Shown here in pieces: positions 26,754 through 40,533 of a stretch of DNA of 64,000 nt (positions are counted from its first letter, which is position 1; every line of letters starts with the position of its first letter). A program made the position numbers and the translations under genes. The notes beneath the pieces are model-generated. The model was not told the origin of the DNA. It ran no database searches and was given only the letters and a program-made list of their open reading frames with translations. The stretch is from NCBI GenBank assembly GCA_951406725.2, contig OX597820.1, forward strand, positions 106,640,001 to 106,704,000. The letters run 5' to 3'. The DNA comes from Octopus vulgaris. Its lineage: Eukaryota.

Positions 26754-28268
26754 CTGAAAGAGAAGATAAGTGTCATTAGATTTGATGGACAACCATAACC
26801 ATAAAGTTAGTTTCCCTCTATTTCACCCTCGCCATCATCTCTTCCTGTTTTCACTTCCCTTTCCTTTTCCCTCTCTCATCTAATTTATCTCACCGGTTAC
26901 TTCCTGTCTATGTAGCTCACATTGTTCTGCATTCTTCATCAGTTGCAACCAGTCACTCAAACATAGAGGACGTAAAAGTCAACTACCTTTTACTTTTTAC
27001 CCTCCAGTTATATTAACCATGAACAAAGAATCAGTTCAAAATGTCAGAAACTCCACTTCCTACTGCAATTTCGCTTTACTCTTTCTGTCACTTTTCCCAA
27101 ATAATACAAGGCTTCCCAACACAGACTGTCTCCAGTCTACTGGTATTCTGTTCAATCTAGGTATATTCACATACATATTATCAAGCACAATACCGATCAG
27201 ACGAAGGTGATTCACTACTGATTACTATGAATGCATGTAGTCAAGTGGTTAAACGTTTGGCTCGCAATCATAAGGTCTGGGTTCAATTCTTGGGCTGGGT
27301 AATTCATTGTGTCATTGAGCAAGGTATTTATTACACATTAGTTCAGTTTATTCAGCTGTAAATGAGAACAATTCAGTGGGTTCTTGTGTAGTTCTATCTG
27401 CCTGCAGATTGTAGATATGCCACTGAAGACCAAGAGGATGTCTGTGTCTGCTCACAACCACATAAGCATCTAAAACAAATAGCAAAAGTATGGTATGTGT
27501 TACCAATCCATAGCCACTCACAAGTGACAACTGGCTGTACTGACCACTGGTTGTCAGTTTAAACCTTGCCTATGACTATGAGGGAAGCTAAAATCTTACA
27601 ACAGCCATTACATTGTTTCTGAAAAAGACACCTAGCGCTGTGCATTCTATTTTAGATGCTCTAATTTACAAGTTTCATTTTTCACTCTTACTTAATAGTA
27701 GAAAGGGTTTGACAGGGTAGTAAGAAATGTATCTGGATACACAAATAATTGCCCCAACAAAAGAACTCAGATGACCTGTTGTGGTTGCTCCATATTCACA
27801 CTAGCACATCACAGAAATCCAGTCAATACCTGTTAGACTGCTGGAAATTTCCAAGCAGGTTTTTGAAGTTTTTGCAGCCCTTTCTGCTATGTACGCAGTC
27901 CTTTCATGCACCCAAAATACTATTCATGTTTATTTGCTGCTGTTCACATCTAGGACCACCAGCCTACCATCTGGGTCCAAGAAGATTTCCCTTACTTTAA
28001 GACCTAAGGATTTTGGAATAGCAATGCTACACCACTGCCCACTCCCGACGTACCACAAAATGATAATATCTCATAGTCTGCAAAAATGGATGCTAGAGCA
28101 TGCTTCCTAAGAAATTCTTGCCTCACTAATGGTGGCCACATCTAAATCAAGTGACCCAAGATTGTTGAGCAAGTGATCCAGCTTCCAAACTGAACCCAAC
28201 ACCCAAACATATGCATAATCTACTCTAAGTGTATCCATTTAGATTAGAAATAAGAAAAAGTTATTTAC

Positions 28269-28502
28269 CTTCATATTTGTGAATGAGTGATGAAACAGAC
28301 TTCTTTTTGGCTGAGAGGAGAGTGGGGAAAGGCTTTTCTAAGAAGCAACTGGATAAAATTCCATTATTTTGATTCAATAAATTTATTTGAGCTCCAAATC
28401 ATGTTCCATTATCATGGCTACATTGGGAACCAAAACTTGGTCGACAGAATGTTGTCCACAGTTGGTTATTTTTACTTTGTTGTATTCTGATATTTTTTAA
28501 AA
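28269..28502 (-). other. Candidate spliced exon (non-coding or UTR)
   Basis: T-rich acceptor ending TTTTCCAG and donor AAG|GTAAAT; its longest frame has an internal stop. Confidence 0.35.
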
Positions 28503-28689
28503 CTGGAAAAAAATATGAAATCTTTGTTTTCACAAAAACGCAAAATAAACATCACTGAGTTACACCCCTAATAAGTGTAATTGAACAGAAATGTTGGTAC
28601 CACCATGTATGTTAGCAAAAAAGTTATCACAAAATAATTGACTGAATGGGATTTAACCAGCCAAAATGATTGATAAAAACTTATGGAAC

Positions 28690-30242
28690 TCCAAGTTTCC
28701 ACCTATTGCAGTGTCCAACTGGCTGAAGGCTGTGAGCACTTGAAGGCATTCCACTTTCCAAATACCTTTTCTTGATCTTTGTTTAACCCAGGACTGCAGC
28801 TCTGTTAAGGAGATCAGCTGGGAAACGTGTTTGGCAAGCAGCAACCACACTTGTTTGCTGTCAAGGAAATACTGAAGATATCATTGCCTTAGTGCTTGTT
28901 TGTGCATCATCAGCCATGGCATACTGAGTCCAGCATGCAGTGGGTATTGACAGCATGTAGACTGCTCGATCATTTGAATGCATTCCTTCCACGAGAAGCG
29001 AAAGAGTATATGTTCCTGTGCAATCAGACAGGGACAAGAACAAGACAAATGCAATGTTCATGTTAACCCCCACCTGTCCAACCTTTCAGGGATAGCTTCC
29101 TCTCAACACATTTCTAGGTAAGAGTTGTCACCTTGCTTGTTATGTCATACCTGTTTTTGTCTGTCTGGCGGTCCAAGCAAAACCAGACCCTGAGCAGTTT
29201 AACCAGTCCATCCAGCACTCAATGATGCAGTTGGATGGCATGGACTTGTTTCTCCAGAGCCAAGCTGCAAGCCCACTGATATTTCCTGATATTTCCTAAT
29301 ACTGCCTTGTAGTATTATCTCAATCTTTTTATTTTTTGACACCATTGTGAAGACACTGTTGGCATATACCAACATGGATCTCACACATCCTAAGGAGTAT
29401 GGGATACCCCTCAACGTCTCCAGCTAGTGTAGAAGCGGCTTGAGAGTCAGTACATACAACAGAGATGAGAAGGGGAAACCTCATGAAGGACCAAGCTCAT
29501 GATGTCGAATGATTCTGAGAGGTGACCATTCACACTGACCACTGAACAGATGTCTCTGTGCATTGCAGCAATCCAACTCCTGAATACAGGCCCAAAGCTA
29601 TCTGCCTTGAGGACTGTTGCCAAGTATAGATGGTTAACCATCTGTCAAAAGCATTAGATTGATTTAAATTGATCAAGGCCCCACCCATGCCAGGTTCTTT
29701 AGCTACTTTCTCTATGAGGTGTAGGTTGTAATGGATGGAGGTTGTCATAGATGGATCTTTTCAGGATGGTGCATGTCTGCACCTTCCCTAACAAGTGCCA
29801 ACCTATTAGCTATAGTTTGGCCAAACTTTTGAACTCTTTATTTAGCAGAATTATGGGCCTTAAGTTATCAATATAGTCCCCTTTGTGCAGGTCTTTTCTC
29901 AGCAATGCCACAGCTGCTCCTCAGCTCATAAAACATGGAATTCTGCCATTCTGTTGCCAGTTGCAGTAAACGATTGCCAAGGGGTCACTGAACAAGTCTT
30001 GCATGTAAGCATAAAGCTCACAGGACAGACCATCCAAACCGGGTAATTTATCCCTCATACAGCTAGCCATTACTTCCTGTATTTCAGAAGCTGTCATAGG
30101 CCTTTTGCAAACTTTGCCTCCATCACCAAGAGACACAGCAGTCCATCAAGGTAGGAAATAAAGTCCATTCTGCAATCTGGTTCTCTACTAATCCCAAATA
30201 GTTGAGCAAAGTGCTGTTGAAAAGCTACATACATCTGTTTGG
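28690..30242 (-). mobile_element. Tx1/L1-like LINE RT fragment, degraded
   Basis: AFQQHFAQLFG, DKLPGLDGLSCELY, GGALINLNQSNAFDR; homologous to 45130-46300. Confidence 0.8.
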
Positions 30243-30288
30243 GAAATAATAATGATGATGATGATGATGATGATGGTGATGGTGATGG

Positions 30289-30333
<45 letters not shown>

Positions 30334-30334
<1 letters not shown>

Positions 30335-32285
30335 CGCAGAGTCAATGTACGAACATCTAGAAAAACATGGAGTCCTGCCAGAAGGGTTGCAAGCGTAAGT
30401 GCAGAGGGACCAAGGATCAACTCCTGATAGATAAAACTATACTCAGAGACTGGAAGAGGAGGAAAAGTAACTTAGCCATGTCATGGATCAACTATTGTAA
30501 GGCGTCTGATATGATCCCACATTCTTGAATTATGAAGTGTATGAACCTATTTGGTATTGCATCAAATGTTGAGTGATTGCTTGGAAAAAGTATGGCGAAT
30601 TGGAGGACGAACCTGACAGCATACAGAAGAAGTTTAGGGACAGTCGAAATTAGGAGGGGCATCTTCCAAGGGGACTGCCTGTCCCCACTGATCTTTGTAC
30701 TGTGCTGATACCACTGACACTGATTCTGAAGAAAGCAAAAGCTGGGTATGTATTCAAAAGCCGCCAACAAAAAGCCAGCCACTTGTTATTCATGGATGAC
30801 CTCAAACTTTATGGTAAAGATGAAGCCCAAGTCAGTTCCCTCATTGATACAGTGTATACCTTCGGTGCTGATATCAGGATGGAGTTTGGACTGAGAAAGT
30901 GTGGTGTGTTAGTCTTGAAGAGAGGCAAAATCAAATGTATGGATAGACTAACAATACCGTCGGGAGAGGTTATGAAGCAGACAGAAGAGACGGGCTATAA
31001 GTACTTGGGGATTTTGGAAATGGATAAATTGATGGAGCAAGAAATGACAGAAAAATTTAAGGTGGAGTACTTGCGCAGACTGAGACTGATCCTTAATTTG
31101 AAATTAAACGGACAGAATAAGATATGGAGCAGGGGTAATCGCATGGACAGTAGACAAACTACACAGCTTAGACAGAAAGACAAGGAAGTTGCTAACTAGA
31201 TATGGGTCACTCCACCCCAAAAGTGACACAGATAGACTGTATATACCAAGAAAAAGAGGGTGAAGAGGACTTATTGGGTGCGAACACAGCATTAGAGCAG
31301 AAGAAAACAATATAGCATGGTACGTAAAAAAATGCCACAGAACTGCTATTACTAGACGTGAGAAGGTTAGGCTTGTGTAGGATGAAAGATTGCAAAGATA
31401 AGCACTATACAAGAAATTGAAAATGATTGAAACTGAAAATTGGTGGGTAAAGAAAAGAATGCATGGTCAGTTTCATAGGGATGTTGAAGATAAGATAGAC
31501 AAAGAAAAAAGATGGCTGTGGATGACAAAAAGTGACTTAAAACCGGAAACAGAGGCGCTAATCTATGTTGCTCAAGAGCAAGCACTAAGAACAAACTACA
31601 TAAAATACAGAATAGACAGCACATCAGAAAGTGATAAGTGCAGAATCTTTGGACAAAATGATGAAACTGTATGGCATATTACCAGCCAATGTATGCCACT
31701 AGCCCAGAAGGAATATTAGAGATGTCACAACAATATAGCCAGGATTGTCCATTGGACACTTTGCAACAAGTATGGACTTGACAGAGCAAAAAATTGGTAC
31801 GACCACAAACCTGAAGGCATTGTCGAAAATAGAAATGCAAAGATCCTATGGGATTTTATGATTCAGTGTAACCATGAAATTGAGAATAGGAAGCCGGACA
31901 TAGTCTTAATTGAGAAAGAAAACAAACTATGCAGGATCATAGATATAGCATGTGCAGCTGACAACAAGGTATGCAATAAGGAAGAAAGAAAAATTGAGAG
32001 ATATGACAGGTTAGCTTGGGAAGTTAAGCAGTTGTGGTCGATGAAAAAGGTAGCAGTAGTACCAATAATTGTCAGAGCCCTGGGAACAGTGAGCAAAAAT
32101 CTCGAGAAGTACGTGGAACAAATAGGGGCAGCAATAAGGGTGGAGCACTTGCAGAAAACAGCACTGCTTGGAACCACTCGAATACTCTGGAAGGTGCTTG
32201 AAAAATAAGAGGTGTTACCTTAGTTCACTGGTAGTGAACAGTTGACACTGTAGTACATCTCCAGCGTTAGAAGCTGTGCAAAGGC
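30334..32285 (+). mobile_element. R4/Dong-like LINE (second family), 5'-truncated
   Basis: [61 protein letters not shown] (RLE); ends in (AAT)n. Confidence 0.9.
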
Positions 32286-32289
32286 AATA

Positions 32290-32321
<32 letters not shown>

Positions 32322-32322
<1 letters not shown>

Positions 32323-33920
32323 TCATCTCATTTACATGGATGATTTAAAGCTCTTTGCAAAAAATGACCAACAACTCAAGGGCTTACTAGTGATTGTTAA
32401 ACAATTCAGTGATGACATCAGAATGCAATTTGGCCTCGATAAATGTGCAAAAGCTACCTTTATCAAAGGAAAAATGACAGAAACATCTAATGTTAACCTT
32501 GACCAGCAGAATGTCATAAAAGAATTAGACCCAGGGGAGAGCTACAAGTACCTAGGGGTAATTGAAGGGGAGAGAATAAGGCATTCAGTGATGAAGGAAA
32601 GGATCAGGAGAGAATGTTATCGCAGAGTAAGAGCAATACTCAAGACAGAGCTGAATGCGAGAAACAGGATCGAAGCGATCAATGCTTTAGCCATACCAGT
32701 CATGACTTACAGTTTCAATATATACAATGTATAGAAGGTGGTAGAAGCCTTATACAGCTGGAAAACTATTATAAAATAGCCACCATAAGACAGCAAAAAT
32801 ACCTACTTCAGAAGCAAGGAAAACTAATACAAATAGCCAAAACACAAGCAAAACAAAAAACTGTTTTCAATATTTAAGGAAGCTGACAAATACAAACAAG
32901 AAGTTATACTACCCAACAAATATGAAGAAGAAGAAGAAGAAGAAGAAGAAGAAGAAGAAGAAGAAGAAGAAGAAGAAGAAGAAGAAGAAGAAGAAGAAGA
33001 AGAAGAAGAAGCTATAAAACAAATGAAATCCAAACTAAAACTAGAACAGCAACGGACCTTGATAAAACGATAGCAAGAAAAGCCCCTTCATGGCAAATAC
33101 TGGGCTAAACTAAACACAAAAGAAATAGACAGAGAAAAATCCCAGCAATGGTTGAGAAGCTCAGGACTCAAAGCAGAGACAGAGGGATTTTTAATTGCAG
33201 CACAAGACCAAAGCCTCCCCACCAGAAATTACCAAAAACATATGAAAAGAAACATAAGAAGTAACCACAGAATATGTGGAGATGGACAAGAAACAATAAA
33301 TCATATTATCTCTGGTTGCCCAATCCTGGCTAAGAAGGAATATATTCACAGACACGACAGAGTTGGGACCTACATACACTGGAAGCTATACCAACACTAT
33401 GGAATAACAACAAAAAAGAAGATGGTATAAGCACATGCCAGAAAAGGTCACAGAAAATGAGAAAGCAACCATACTATGGGATATGCTAACACACACAGAT
33501 AGAGAAATTAAGGCCAGATATAGCTGTCAGAGATCATGAAGAAAAAAAAAGCTTTCTAATTGATGTATCAATACCAGCAGATGACAACGTTTCTCTAAAA
33601 GAAATGGAGAGACTTTCAAAATACTAAGACCTAGAAATAGAGGTAACTCGAATGTGGAATCTAAAAACAGAAACAATTCCTAGTGGGTGCATTAGGTATG
33701 ATAAAAAAATATTCAAACAAATACATAACAAAAACACCAGGACTTACAAACACATATAACAAACAGAAAATTGCACTACTAGACACTGCACACATCCTAT
33801 GCAAAACACTTCCAATATAGTAACCATCAGAGCATCACAGCAATCCACAGCACATACCCAAGGCACACAGAGCTGCGCTCAGTAGTGAAGTGAAAGCATG
33901 TTATAAAAATAAAACTACTG
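32322..33920 (+). mobile_element. R4/Dong-like LINE, truncated and apparently chimeric, with (GAA)n expansion
   Basis: HLIYMDDLKLF; from ~32720 it closely matches 35810-36972. Confidence 0.88.
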
Positions 33921-33946
33921 AATAATAATTATGATGATGATAATGA

Positions 33947-33980
<34 letters not shown>

Positions 33981-34079
33981 GGTGGTGATGATGATGATGA
34001 TAATAATAATAATAATAATAATGGTTTCAAATTTTGGCATAAGGGCAGCAATTTGGGGGAGGGGGAGTCGATTACATCA

Positions 34080-36972
34080 CCCAAATACCCGGGATACTCA
34101 CCCAAACCCGCCCAAACAGGAGTACCACCACCCAAACAAACCCTGTGGATAAATAACATCCAAAGCAAAATAAAAAAAATTAGAAAAGACCTGTCGATTC
34201 TTAATGAAATCAGCAAACAATCAACGCTACTGAGCAACAAAAAGAGAACAAAAATACTCCGCAAATATAACATCACAGAGAAAGATTTGCCTGAAATAAA
34301 AGAAAAGCTGAAGCAAGATATCCTTGCCAAAGCACAAAGGATCCGCCGGTACAAGAAACGCCAACGCTTCTTTGAAGAAAACAAAAAGTTCAACTCCAAC
34401 CCCAAAAGTTCTACCAAGAACTGGGAAAAAATAAAATAGAAGTCACGGCAGCACCAACGGCAGAAGAATTGGAAGAATTCTGGGGAGAAATATGGTCGGC
34501 GAACGAACCACCAAAAAAAGGAGTATCAGAATAACAAACTCGGCATCTGAACAACTTTGGACCCCCATAACAACTGAAGAGGTCACCCAGGCACTGCAAA
34601 GACTAAGCAACTGGAAGGCACCTGGGCATGATAAGATCCCCAACTTCTGGTTGAAATATCTAACAGGAATGCACAAAAAGCTGGCTGAAAACTTTAACAA
34701 CGTACTAGCAGAGCCAGAGACAATGCCTGAATGGCTCACGAAGGGGAAAACCATCTTAATTCCCAAATCAAATGAAACAGAAAAACCAGAAAACTACAGA
34801 CCAATAACCTGCCTCCCTACTATGTTCAAGGCATTTACTGCAGTGATATCACAAAGGCTGAACAAGCACCTGGACGAAAACAAACTGTTCCCAGAAGAGC
34901 AGAAAGGATGCCGCAAAGGCTCATATGGCTGTAAAGATCAACTAATGATTAATAAAGCCATAACTGAAGACAGCCACAGAAAGAAGAAAGGCCTCAGTAT
35001 GGCCTGGATTGACTACAAAAAGGCGTTTGATAGCATCCCCCACACATGGATCCTCGAAACACTAGCCATTAACAAAGTAGCACCAACAATCATAAAATTC
35101 ATAGAGCACTCTATGAATAAATGGCAAACAGTCCTACACCTCCAAGCAAAAGAGGGACTCATGAAAACCAAAGACATCCCCATTAGAAGAGGAATATTCC
35201 AGGGAGACACGCTCTCTCCACTCCTTTTCTGCTTGGCACTGTCACCTCTATCTGATATGCTAAATAGAACTGGATGCGGATATAAATGTTACAGCAAAAC
35301 GATCAGCCACCTTTTATATATGGATGACCTAAAACTATACGCTGCAAATGACAAACAGCTGGAAACACTATTAAAGACAGTTCATGGATTTACCAAAGAA
35401 ATAGATATGAAATTTGGATTAGAAAAATGCGCCAAAGTAACCCTGAAAAGAGGAAAACTAGTTAAGAGTAACAACATCACACTAGATAAAACCAATGAAA
35501 TAAAAGAATTAAACCAAAGCCAAACTTACAAATACTTAGGAATCCATGAACTAGATAAGACACAACACACACAAATGAAAGAGAAAATAAAAAAAGAATA
35601 TTATAGACGAGTTAGATCAATACTAAACACAGAGCTCAATGCTAAAAACAAGATAATAGGTATCAACACTTTAGCTGTCCCAGTTATAAGTTACAGCTAC
35701 AATATCCTTAACTGGACACGAAATGAACTGACCAAAATAGATAGGAAAACAAGAAAAATAATGACAGGATCTAGGATGCATCACCCAAAATCTGACATAG
35801 AAAGACTATATATACAACGTATAGAAGGTGGTAGAGGCCTTATACAGCTGGAAAACTACTATAAAATAACCACCATAGGACTGCAAAAATATCTACTTCA
35901 GAAGGAAGGAAAACTGATCCAGATAGCGGCAAAACACGAGCAAAACAAAAAACTGTTCTCAGTATTTAAGGAAGCTGACAAATACAAACAAGAAATCATA
36001 CCACCTAATAAACATGAAGAAGAAGAAGAAGATGAAGAAACAACAAAAGCTATAAAACAAATGAAATCCAAACTAAAAATAGAACAGCAACGAACCATGA
36101 TAAAACGATGGCAAGAAAAGCCCCTTCATGGTAAATACTGGACTAAACTAAACGCAAAAGAAATAGACAAAGAAAAATCCCAGCAATGGTTGAGAAGCTC
36201 AGGACTCAAAGCAGAAACAGAGGGATTTTTAATTGCAGCACAAGACCAAAGCCTCCCCACCAGAAATTACCAAAAACATGTAATGAAAAGAAATATTACA
36301 AGTAACTGCAGAATATGTGGAGATGGACAAGAAACAATAAATCATATTATCTCTAGCTGCCCAGTCTTGGCTAAGAAGGAATATATTCACAGACATGACA
36401 GAGTTGGAACCTACATACATTGGAAGCTATGCCAACATTATGGAATAACAACAGAAAAAAGTTGGTATAGGCACACACCAGAAAAGGTCACAGAAAACGA
36501 GAAAGCAACCATACTCTGGGATATGCCGATACACACAGATAGAGAAATTAAGGCCAACAGACCAGATATAGTTGTCAGAGATCATGAAGAAAAAAATGCT
36601 TTCTAATTGATGTATCAATACCGGCTGATGACAACGTGTCTCTAAAAGAAATGGAGAAACTCTCAAAATACAAAGACCGGGAAATAGAGGTAACTAGAAT
36701 GTGGAATCTGAAAACAGAAAGAATTCCTATCATAGTAGGTGCATTAGGCATCATAAAAAAATATTCAGACAAATACATAACAAAAACACCAGGACTTACA
36801 AACACATATAACATACAGAAAATTGCACTACTAGGCACTGCACACATCCTACGCAGAACACTTTCCATACAATAACCATCAGAGCATCACAACAAATCAC
36901 AGCACATACCCAAGGCACACAGAGCTGTGCTCGGTAGTGAAGTGAAAGCACGCTATAAAAATAAAACTACTG
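34080..36972 (+). mobile_element. R4/Dong-like LINE, young 5'-truncated copy
   Basis: Long ORF with RT, zinc knuckle and RLE; only a few frameshifts; 3' end followed by (AAT)n. Confidence 0.95.
34492..36606 (+). CDS. RT + CCHC zinc knuckle + start of RLE of the R4/Dong-like element; continues after a frameshift at 36636-36875
   Basis: 704-aa frame: WKAPGHD, NYRPITCL, EQKG, DYKKAFDS, GIFQGDTLSP, YMDDLKL, YKYLG, CRIC..H..SSC, RHD, NRPDIVV. Confidence 0.9.
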   Translation: MVGERTTKKRSIRITNSASEQLWTPITTEEVTQALQRLSNWKAPGHDKIPNFWLKYLTGMHKKLAENFNNVLAEPETMPEWLTKGKTILIPKSNETEKPENYRPITCLPTMFKAFTAVISQRLNKHLDENKLFPEEQKGCRKGSYGCKDQLMINKAITEDSHRKKKGLSMAWIDYKKAFDSIPHTWILETLAINKVAPTIIKFIEHSMNKWQTVLHLQAKEGLMKTKDIPIRRGIFQGDTLSPLLFCLALSPLSDMLNRTGCGYKCYSKTISHLLYMDDLKLYAANDKQLETLLKTVHGFTKEIDMKFGLEKCAKVTLKRGKLVKSNNITLDKTNEIKELNQSQTYKYLGIHELDKTQHTQMKEKIKKEYYRRVRSILNTELNAKNKIIGINTLAVPVISYSYNILNWTRNELTKIDRKTRKIMTGSRMHHPKSDIERLYIQRIEGGRGLIQLENYYKITTIGLQKYLLQKEGKLIQIAAKHEQNKKLFSVFKEADKYKQEIIPPNKHEEEEEDEETTKAIKQMKSKLKIEQQRTMIKRWQEKPLHGKYWTKLNAKEIDKEKSQQWLRSSGLKAETEGFLIAAQDQSLPTRNYQKHVMKRNITSNCRICGDGQETINHIISSCPVLAKKEYIHRHDRVGTYIHWKLCQHYGITTEKSWYRHTPEKVTENEKATILWDMPIHTDREIKANRPDIVVRDHEEKNAF

Positions 36973-38762
36973 AATAATAATAATAATAACTAGCTGGACC
37001 CATGAAAAATTCATGGAAAATATAAAAATTGTAAACATCTGTAAATTGTGTGCTGGTGCCATAAGAAATGTTTCTATATTGTGAGTCAAAGGCTGCGAGC
37101 TGGCAGAATTATTAGCATGCTGGGCGAAATGCTTAGCGGTTTTTCACCTGTCTTTGTGTTCTGAGTTCAAATTCTGCTGAGGCCGACTTTGCCTTTCATC
37201 CTTTCAGGGTTGATAAATTAAGTACCAGTTGCGTACTAGGTTTGATCTAAGTGACAGGCCCTTTCCCACTAAAAATTTCAGGATTTGTGCCTATAGTAGA
37301 AAAGTATATTGTAATAGTTACAGAATATAGAAAGAAGGGTAAAACTGATAACTATATAATCCAAACATATGTTATGCAAATGTAAATAGAATTACTATTT
37401 AGCCTTAAAATACATCGTACATATTCAGAGAACCCTCTTGATTTAGTGATTTTGGAATGATTTTCTCATGTTCTTTTATTCTTTTACTTCTCCCAGTCAT
37501 CTGATGGTGGCCATGCTGGAGCACCACCCTTTAGTCAAAGAAATTGACCCCTGGACTTATTCCCTGTAAGCCTGGTGCTTATTCAATTAATCTCTACAGC
37601 TGAACAGCTAAGTTACAGGGATGCAAACACACCAACATCGGTTGTCAAGCAATGGTAGTGGGAGTACAAACACAAACATGTTCATATATATATACATGTG
37701 TGTGTGTGTGTTTGTCTTTTAGTTTTGTTTATTTATACACATCAACAAATGAGCCAATTGAATAACTTTGTGTGGTTATTCAATTTGCTAGAAATAACAG
37801 CCAAATCTCTCTCATACTATGTTCTTGTTAGTATTAATGAAAGGGATAAAATAGAATTAATATTTTTGATTTTGTTTAGCTCTATGAATTTAATTTATTT
37901 TTAATGCTTTCATCCATTATTTGATAAAGAAAAAAATTGGGAAAATCCTGACCAAAACAGAGGAATTGTAACTTAACAAAAAGATAGAAAGAGAAAGAAA
38001 AGGTTGTATTCAGAAGCCAAAAGATGTTTTTTAGCCGAGGTGTAATTTTATAATTAAAACAAATCTAAAATTTAAATTTAAGAACATAAAACTTAACATG
38101 TTATCTGGTGTATGGCTGAATTCAAATGGGTAGAAAACCTAAAACAAATGTGTGTGTGTGTGTATGTGTGTGTGGTTGGGCCTTTAACAGCCAGGGGTCA
38201 ACTTCAGTTCAATTATAGAAAGGAATTTAAAGGAATTCAGTCACTCCCTCTCACACTCTCTCTTTTTTCTCACTTCCTCTCTCCCTTGCTTGACACATGT
38301 GTCAAATTTAAGTATCTTAATTTTCCCATTAAGATTGTTGCTGCTTTGGTGAACCAGTAGGCATGGGTGTTGAGAAGTAATACAACACATAGGAGGTGGT
38401 TTCAAATCTCTTCCAGAAATTACAAGAGATCTAATTAAAAATTTTTATTTAAGCAACAAAATTTCTATCTCTTAAGCATAATACATGCGTCAGGTACATA
38501 ATATTATTGACAATAATAGTAATCCTTTCTACTAAAGGTACAAGGCCTGAAATGTGGTGGGAGGGGACTAGTCAATCATGTCTACCCCAGTATTTTACCG
38601 GTACTTAATTTATCAACCCTAAAAGGATGAAAGACAAAGTCAACCTCAGCAGAATTTGAACTCAGAATGTAAAGATGGATGAAACATCACTAAGCATTTT
38701 GCCCAGCATGCTAACAATTCTACCAGCTCACCACCTTAATAATAATAATAATAATAATAATA

Positions 38763-38807
<45 letters not shown>

Positions 38808-40250
38808 TCTCTATTTATCACAGGTTTTGTTGAAACTCCTGGAATCATACATGCATCATGGCTTTCTACTTGCAGCCTACGCTACCATGCTATTCATTAT
38901 TTTAAGCTATCTAATACTTTCCTGATTATTCTGGCCGTGCCAAGGAGGAAAATCTTTTGTATCAGTTCTGCTGGGCCCTCTGTTCCAATTACATCTATAT
39001 TCCCCTTGATGCCTTCTGATACTGTTCCCAAGGATCCAACAATAATTGGCGCTATCTTCACCTTCTTCGTTTTGCATGGCCAGACTATTTTGTACTTAAA
39101 AGGGTTGTATTTATCTATCTTTTCACTTTCCTTCTTGACTATTTGTGGGTCAAAAGGGTGTGCAATATCAACTATATAGCATATGTGGTGCATTTTGTCC
39201 ACCACCACAAGGTCCTGTCTGTTCTGCTCTAGCACTTGATCTGTTTGGATTGGGAAATCCCAGAAAATTTTACTAGTCTCCAACTCTGCCGCGCTCTGCA
39301 GTTTGTGGTCATACCATGTCTTGCCTCTTTCTAGCCCCCACATTTTGCATGGTTTTCAATGTAGCACTTTCGCTACCTGATCGTGTCACCACAACTTGTG
39401 GTTTTGGGCAAGTCCAGGGCATTTATTTATGGTATGGGCAATGTTTTCATCCATTCTATTGCAGATGTGGCACAGTGAAGACACTTGCTCATTCCTAAGG
39501 TTGACTGTCCAGTCCATGACCAAAGCTTGGTCTTGAGCTGCCAGTATAGTGCTCTCGGTCTCTTTTCTTTTAAGGTTCCTTTCATCAGCCAATTCCACCT
39601 ATTTTTTCCAGCAACTTCTGTTGTGGCTGCATGGAATTGATTGTGCAGTCACTTCTAGCGTAATTCTTCTTCATGCCCTTTTTGCTCTTCTTCCTTTGTT
39701 TTTCTTTTTTTCTCTGCTTTCAATACTTCCTGTTTCCTAACTGTCACTAGCAAGATTTCCTTGCTTTGGGCTAAGCTCTCGAGTTCGGTATGCACTTATT
39801 CTTCCACACTTGTCAGTCCTATTCCTCCATTTGCTCTCTTCATGTATAGGAGATCAGTGTTCGCATATGGACAATGGGTCCCATGCATCATTAGAAGCTT
39901 TTTTGACTTCCTGTCCATCTTCTTTAGCTCCTCCTCTGTCCACTTCAGGATTCCAGCATCATACCAAACTACTGCAATTGCGCACGAGTTTATTGCTGAA
40001 ATTATGTTTCTGGCATTTAGCTTTGAAACCAATATTTTTATCACTCACTGCAGGTACCCTCTTTTTGTTTTTTCTTTCATGTTATTGTGCCTCAATTCTG
40101 CCTCAAGTATTCCCAAGTACTTATAGCTGGATTGAGATTGAATTGCCTTCATCATCTCACCACTTGGCAACCTTACTCCTTCTGTTCTGAAAAGCTTTGC
40201 TCATCCCATCACCATCGTAGCACATTTTGAGAGTCCAAACTTCATCTTAA
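38808..40250 (-). mobile_element. R4/Dong-like LINE (third family), degraded 3' half
   Basis: MKFGLSKCA, KLNARNIISAIN, AAQDQAL, CHIC..H..NKC, WDFPIQTD..DLVVVDK..VDIAHPFD. Confidence 0.85.
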
Positions 40251-40264
40251 TCATTATTGTTATT

Positions 40265-40323
<59 letters not shown>

Positions 40324-40326
<3 letters not shown>

Positions 40327-40482
40327 ACTCTTGGAGTGGTTGGCGTTAGGAAGGGCATCCAGCTGTAGAAACACTGCCAGATCTGACTGGCCTGGTGCAG
40401 CCTTCGGGCTTGCCAGACCCCAGTTGAACCGTCCAACCCATGCTAGCATGGAAAGCGGACGTTAAACGATGATGATGATGAT
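40324..40482 (+). mobile_element. RTE 3' tail fragment within an (ATT)n array
   Basis: GGAGTGGTTGGCGTTAGGAAGGGCATCCAGCTGTAG...GCGGACGTTAAACGATGATG. Confidence 0.75.
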
Positions 40483-40483
40483 G

Positions 40484-40531
<48 letters not shown>

Positions 40532-40533
<2 letters not shown>

